DNA of 64,000 bases from assembly GCA_028286685.1 (NCBI GenBank), contig JAQBRA010000004.1, positions 120,300 to 184,299 on the forward strand, read 5' to 3'. The first letter of the stretch is position 1, and the number at the start of each line of letters is the position of its first letter. This DNA comes from Candidatus Adlerbacteria bacterium (GTDB lineage: Bacteria; Patescibacteriota; Minisyncoccia; Phycocordibacterales; SBAW01). Below the pieces are notes generated by a model that was not told where the DNA came from, made no database searches, and was given only the letters and a program-made list of their open reading frames with translations. Made by a program: the position numbers and the translations under genes. Positions 59,417 through 64,000 of the stretch are shown one piece after another.

Positions 59417-59749
59417 CTATTCTTCGCTTCCTCCCATTCCGCGCATGTCCTCGACGCGCACCCGCGAAACTCTGGGCTTTTTGCGCGCCGGCGGATTAAA
59501 TCGCGCAGCGGCAAGCCCCAGCAGTATATCCCATATCGAACCCAAGCGGCTGCTGCCGGCCCTGATAGTCTCGCGCAGCTCCGCCAAGTCCCCCGCTGCC
59601 GCCTCGCCCGCCTCATGCAGGCGCCGGGTGATCGCATTGAGTTCGCGCAGGAGGAGGACGAGGTACCATGCCACCGCGCCGATACCGGCCGCAATGATCA
59701 TAAGGGCCACGGCGACGAGCCCGATAAATACCATAAGCAGGGTTTCCAT
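59417..59749 (-). CDS. membrane-anchored coiled-coil protein
   Basis: N-terminal TM. Confidence 0.6.
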   Translation of the reverse strand: METLLMVFIGLVAVALMIIAAGIGAVAWYLVLLLRELNAITRRLHEAGEAAAGDLAELRETIRAGSSRLGSIWDILLGLAAARFNPPARKKPRVSRVRVEDMRGMGGSEE

Positions 59750-59799
59750 TGCGTCAGTGTACTACAAAGGCTTGCGGGCGCCTCTGTGGATACAGTCGC

Positions 59800-60786
<987 letters not shown>

Positions 60787-60824
60787 CTCGACACTGTATC
60801 CTGCTTTCTTGCTTGTGCAAAGCG

Positions 60825-61622
60825 CTAGCGCGCGCGGTAGTAGAGCTTGTCGCCGAAACGCAGGTCGAGATATTCAAAGTCAGCCAAACTGCGGCCCACA
60901 AACGGCTCGGCCACAAGCGCCAGCTCGAACCGCTCAAACACGTCGCCGCCGGCGTCATGGAGCGCAAATTTAAGAACGAAGCCGCTTTCAAACATTGCCT
61001 CCGCATCGCCCTGCGCATCGACCGAAACGCTTTGTACCGGGCCGGCCTCCGGCCTTTGCGAGAGCGCATCCACAAGCGCAAACAGCGACTCGAACGTTTC
61101 CGGCTCCAAATATTGCCGCGGCAGCGACTCTCCTGCAGCCAAGCCTCGGTACGACACAAACCCTCCCGCCTCCCCTGCGGGCGCGTACGCAACGCCGCCC
61201 TGGTCCATCAGGAAGCAGGACTCTGCCTGGCACCACAGGGCCTTAGGCTCGCGCTCGGCAACATCGGCGGCTATCGAGTGGAAGGTTACCGCATGCACGT
61301 CGGCGGTCCGCAGCTCCGGATACTCGGCCAAAAGCCCTGCGGCAATTTCGGGCTTAGGGTATAGGAATATGTTGCGCTTGGGGAACAAGTACAGGTATTG
61401 GCCGGCAATGGCCCGTTCTACGTAAGCCGCCACGGTGCTTGTAGCCAAGGTGCGCGTGCCGGTAACCTCAACCTCCCTTATCTGCAAAAACGGCAGGTAC
61501 GACGCCCCGACCAGGAGGATCATGAGCAAAAATAAAAAGCCGGCTGCGACAATCGCCAGGCGCGCGCGGCGCCGCTTGCGCCGCGCGCGCAATCTCGAAT
61601 GGGGCAACTCGACTCGGGACAT
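60825..61622 (-). CDS. FtsQ/DivIB-like cell division protein
   Basis: Basic N-terminus, TM, POTRA-like region, EREP and YLDLRFG motifs. Confidence 0.75.
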   Translation of the reverse strand: MSRVELPHSRLRARRKRRRARLAIVAAGFLFLLMILLVGASYLPFLQIREVEVTGTRTLATSTVAAYVERAIAGQYLYLFPKRNIFLYPKPEIAAGLLAEYPELRTADVHAVTFHSIAADVAEREPKALWCQAESCFLMDQGGVAYAPAGEAGGFVSYRGLAAGESLPRQYLEPETFESLFALVDALSQRPEAGPVQSVSVDAQGDAEAMFESGFVLKFALHDAGGDVFERFELALVAEPFVGRSLADFEYLDLRFGDKLYYRAR

Positions 61623-61666
61623 TCCCCCAGTATAAACGAAACAAAGCGCCAGCTGGGCGCCTTTGC

Positions 61667-62959
61667 TTAAATTATGACTTTTTCCATCTTCTCGCGGCCG
61701 CCCAGGTACGGGCGCAGCGCCTCGGGGATCGTAACCGAGCCGTCGGCCTGCTGGTAGTTTTCCAAAATGGCAATGAGCGTGCGCCCTATGGCGTACGCCG
61801 TGGCATCGTTCATGTGCACGGGCTCTGAAGTGCCGTCCTGACGCTTTATTTTAGTATTGAGCCGGCGCGCCTGGTAGCCGCCCATGTAGTCGGAGGTCTG
61901 CGTCTCACGATAAGTATTCTGGCCCGGCATCCAGGAATTGATATCAAACTGGCGATGATCGGGGCCTCCCATGTCTCCGGTGCAGATAAGCAGCACCTGG
62001 TACGGAATCCCGAGAAGCTGCATGAGCCTTTCTTGCACGCCGACAAACAGCTCCTGCTCGGCCAGGCCGTCTTCGGGCTTCGCAAACGATTCCATCTCGA
62101 GCTTATCGAACTGGTGCTGGCGCAAGATGCCGCGCGTGTCCTTGCCCGCCGCACCCGCCTCGCGCCTAAACGCAGTCGAGTAGCCGATGTAGCGTATCGG
62201 CAGCCGCTCCTCGGCGATGGCCTCGTCCATATGCAAGGGGCCCATGGTGTGCTCGGCGCTGCCCACAAAGACAAGGTCGTCCTTTTCGTAATAATAGCGC
62301 TCGTCTATGGGGTCGAGCCGCGCCATGCGGTTCATCACTTGCGAGCGCATCATGACCGGCGGCAGCACGGGGATAAAAGGCTTGTCGCTTACGGAAAGGC
62401 CTTTCTCTTGTATTATTTTCGCCAGCTCCTCGCGCGAAGTAAGCACCGACATGGCAAGCTGCACGAGCGCGAACTGCATAAGCGCCAAGTCGCCCTTAAG
62501 GTAGGTAAACCGGGCGCCCGAAACCTCGGCCGCCTTCTCGCTGTCGATGACTCCCAGATCGCGGCCTATGTCCCAATGCGCCTTGGGCTCGAAATTAAAT
62601 TGGGGCTTCTCTCCCCACTCGCGCACGACCACGTTGCCCGACTCGTCGGGGCCTACCGGCGTATCTGCTGAAGGAATATTCGGTATCTTTATTAAAATCG
62701 AAACCAGCTCCTTCTCAATCTGCTGGTACTTATCTTCGGCCGCACGAAGCTCCTCTTTAAGATTCTTGCCGGCCTCGGCATCGCGCGCCGCCTGGGCCTC
62801 ATTGCGCTTGCGGTTAATATCGGACACCTCGCCGGCCGCCGCCTTGCGCTCCTCGGCAAGCTGCAAAAGACGATCGAGGTCTATGCCCTCCTTGTTCTTA
62901 TTCTTTATCGCCGTGCGGACCAGGTCCGGGTTCTCCCGTATAAACTGCAAATCGAGCAT
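61667..62959 (-). CDS. serS: serine--tRNA ligase
   Basis: MLDL.FIRENP, FRREAG..GKDTRG..RQHQF.K.E and AILENYQ motifs. Confidence 0.97.
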   Translation of the reverse strand: MLDLQFIRENPDLVRTAIKNKNKEGIDLDRLLQLAEERKAAAGEVSDINRKRNEAQAARDAEAGKNLKEELRAAEDKYQQIEKELVSILIKIPNIPSADTPVGPDESGNVVVREWGEKPQFNFEPKAHWDIGRDLGVIDSEKAAEVSGARFTYLKGDLALMQFALVQLAMSVLTSREELAKIIQEKGLSVSDKPFIPVLPPVMMRSQVMNRMARLDPIDERYYYEKDDLVFVGSAEHTMGPLHMDEAIAEERLPIRYIGYSTAFRREAGAAGKDTRGILRQHQFDKLEMESFAKPEDGLAEQELFVGVQERLMQLLGIPYQVLLICTGDMGGPDHRQFDINSWMPGQNTYRETQTSDYMGGYQARRLNTKIKRQDGTSEPVHMNDATAYAIGRTLIAILENYQQADGSVTIPEALRPYLGGREKMEKVII

Positions 62960-63028
62960 AGCCCAAGCATACAACGTCTTTTATATGTTGATAAGAGCGT
63001 GAAAAGTTCATAGTAAAATGAGGGCCAC

Positions 63029-63898
63029 ATGGAGTTCCCTATCCGCCAACTTTTGCCGGAGGAGTTTCCGCCGCTTATGGAAGAAATGCCCGAGCGCGAT
63101 CGGCCGCATTCCTTATATATTCGCGGGTCCATGCCGCCCAGGGAGCACTCCTTTTTATGCGTGGTGGGATCGCGGGCAACTTCTCCGTATGGCCGCCGCA
63201 TGTGCGCCACGCTTATCGCGGGCCTGGCGCGCTATCCGGTGGCGATAATATCGGGCATGGCTTTGGGTATCGATGCCGAGGCGCACAAGGCGGCGCTCGA
63301 TGTCGGGCTCCCTACCGTAGCCGTACTCCCCTCCTCGCTCGACGAGCGGAGCATCTACCCCTCGACCAACAAAGCGCTGGCCCAGCGGATACTTAGCTTA
63401 GGCGGGGCCCTTATTTCAGAAACCAAGGACCCTTACAAGGCGGCGATACACGACTTTCCCAAGCGCAATCGCCTAGTGGCCGGCATGTCGCGCGCGGCGC
63501 TTATTGTCGAGGCGGGAGAAAAGTCAGGCACGCTTATTACGGCGCGCTTGGCGCTCGACTATAACCGCGAAGTGCTGGCCATACCCCATGAGCTCGGACG
63601 CGCTTCGGGCGAGGGCGCCAACCGGCTCATACGCGAGGGCGCCACGCTGGTGCGCAATGCCGATGACATCCTGCAAGCTCTAGGCCTTAAGCTCTTGGAC
63701 AACCCAGAGCAACTGCCGCTCCCCGCCGACCTGACCCTCCCTGAGTCCGCGATACTTGCGGCCCTTGTGGAGCCTATGGAAAAAGACGACCTAATAGAAC
63801 AAGCAGAGCTCTCCGCGCAAGAAGCAAACATCGCGCTCTCCTCATTATTATTGCGTGGGCTGATTACGGAGCGGCTGGGGAAAATTGAACGGAGCTAA
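63029..63898 (+). CDS. dprA: DNA-processing protein DprA
   Basis: VVGSR, ISGMALGIDA.AH, FPKRNR and VEA..KSGTLITA motifs. Confidence 0.95.
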   Translation: MEFPIRQLLPEEFPPLMEEMPERDRPHSLYIRGSMPPREHSFLCVVGSRATSPYGRRMCATLIAGLARYPVAIISGMALGIDAEAHKAALDVGLPTVAVLPSSLDERSIYPSTNKALAQRILSLGGALISETKDPYKAAIHDFPKRNRLVAGMSRAALIVEAGEKSGTLITARLALDYNREVLAIPHELGRASGEGANRLIREGATLVRNADDILQALGLKLLDNPEQLPLPADLTLPESAILAALVEPMEKDDLIEQAELSAQEANIALSSLLLRGLITERLGKIERS

Positions 63899-64000
63899 AG
63901 CGTCTTGCCAGTTACACTTTTTATAGTAAAGTTTTAACAGATCTCCACCAAAGAAAGGAAGTGCAATGGACCGTCCGCTCTTGGTCAAACTGCTGGCAGA

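Overview
Chromosomal segment of a small-genome bacterium. The gene repertoire and gene style fit Patescibacteria/CPR, probably Parcubacteria (inference). Most genes lie on the minus strand. Housekeeping content includes a complete cyoABCDE cytochrome bo3 operon, ddl, uvrABC, tgt, msrA, rarA, rlmH, purC, dnaX, dus, serS, dprA and three tRNAs (Pro, Ala, Gln). The main unusual feature lies at about 47.8-54.9 kb, off the 3' end of tRNA-Gln. There a 28-bp direct repeat (GCTGGGTGTATGGGACGATGTTGGAACC) occurs 11 times, and each interval holds exactly one co-oriented, often AT-richer accessory gene. This resembles an integron cassette array, but it has no attC palindromes and no integrase lies in the window. 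The repeat ends resemble the 3' end of tRNA-Gln. A half-copy of the repeat sits in a second small island off tRNA-Ala. Other observations: a candidate ncRNA plus small membrane peptide between uvrA and uvrB, a family of MITE/REP-like hairpins, duplicated intergenic DNA flanking tgt, and a SpeD-like protein with a non-canonical cleavage motif. Product calls come from motif recognition by eye; no database was searched.
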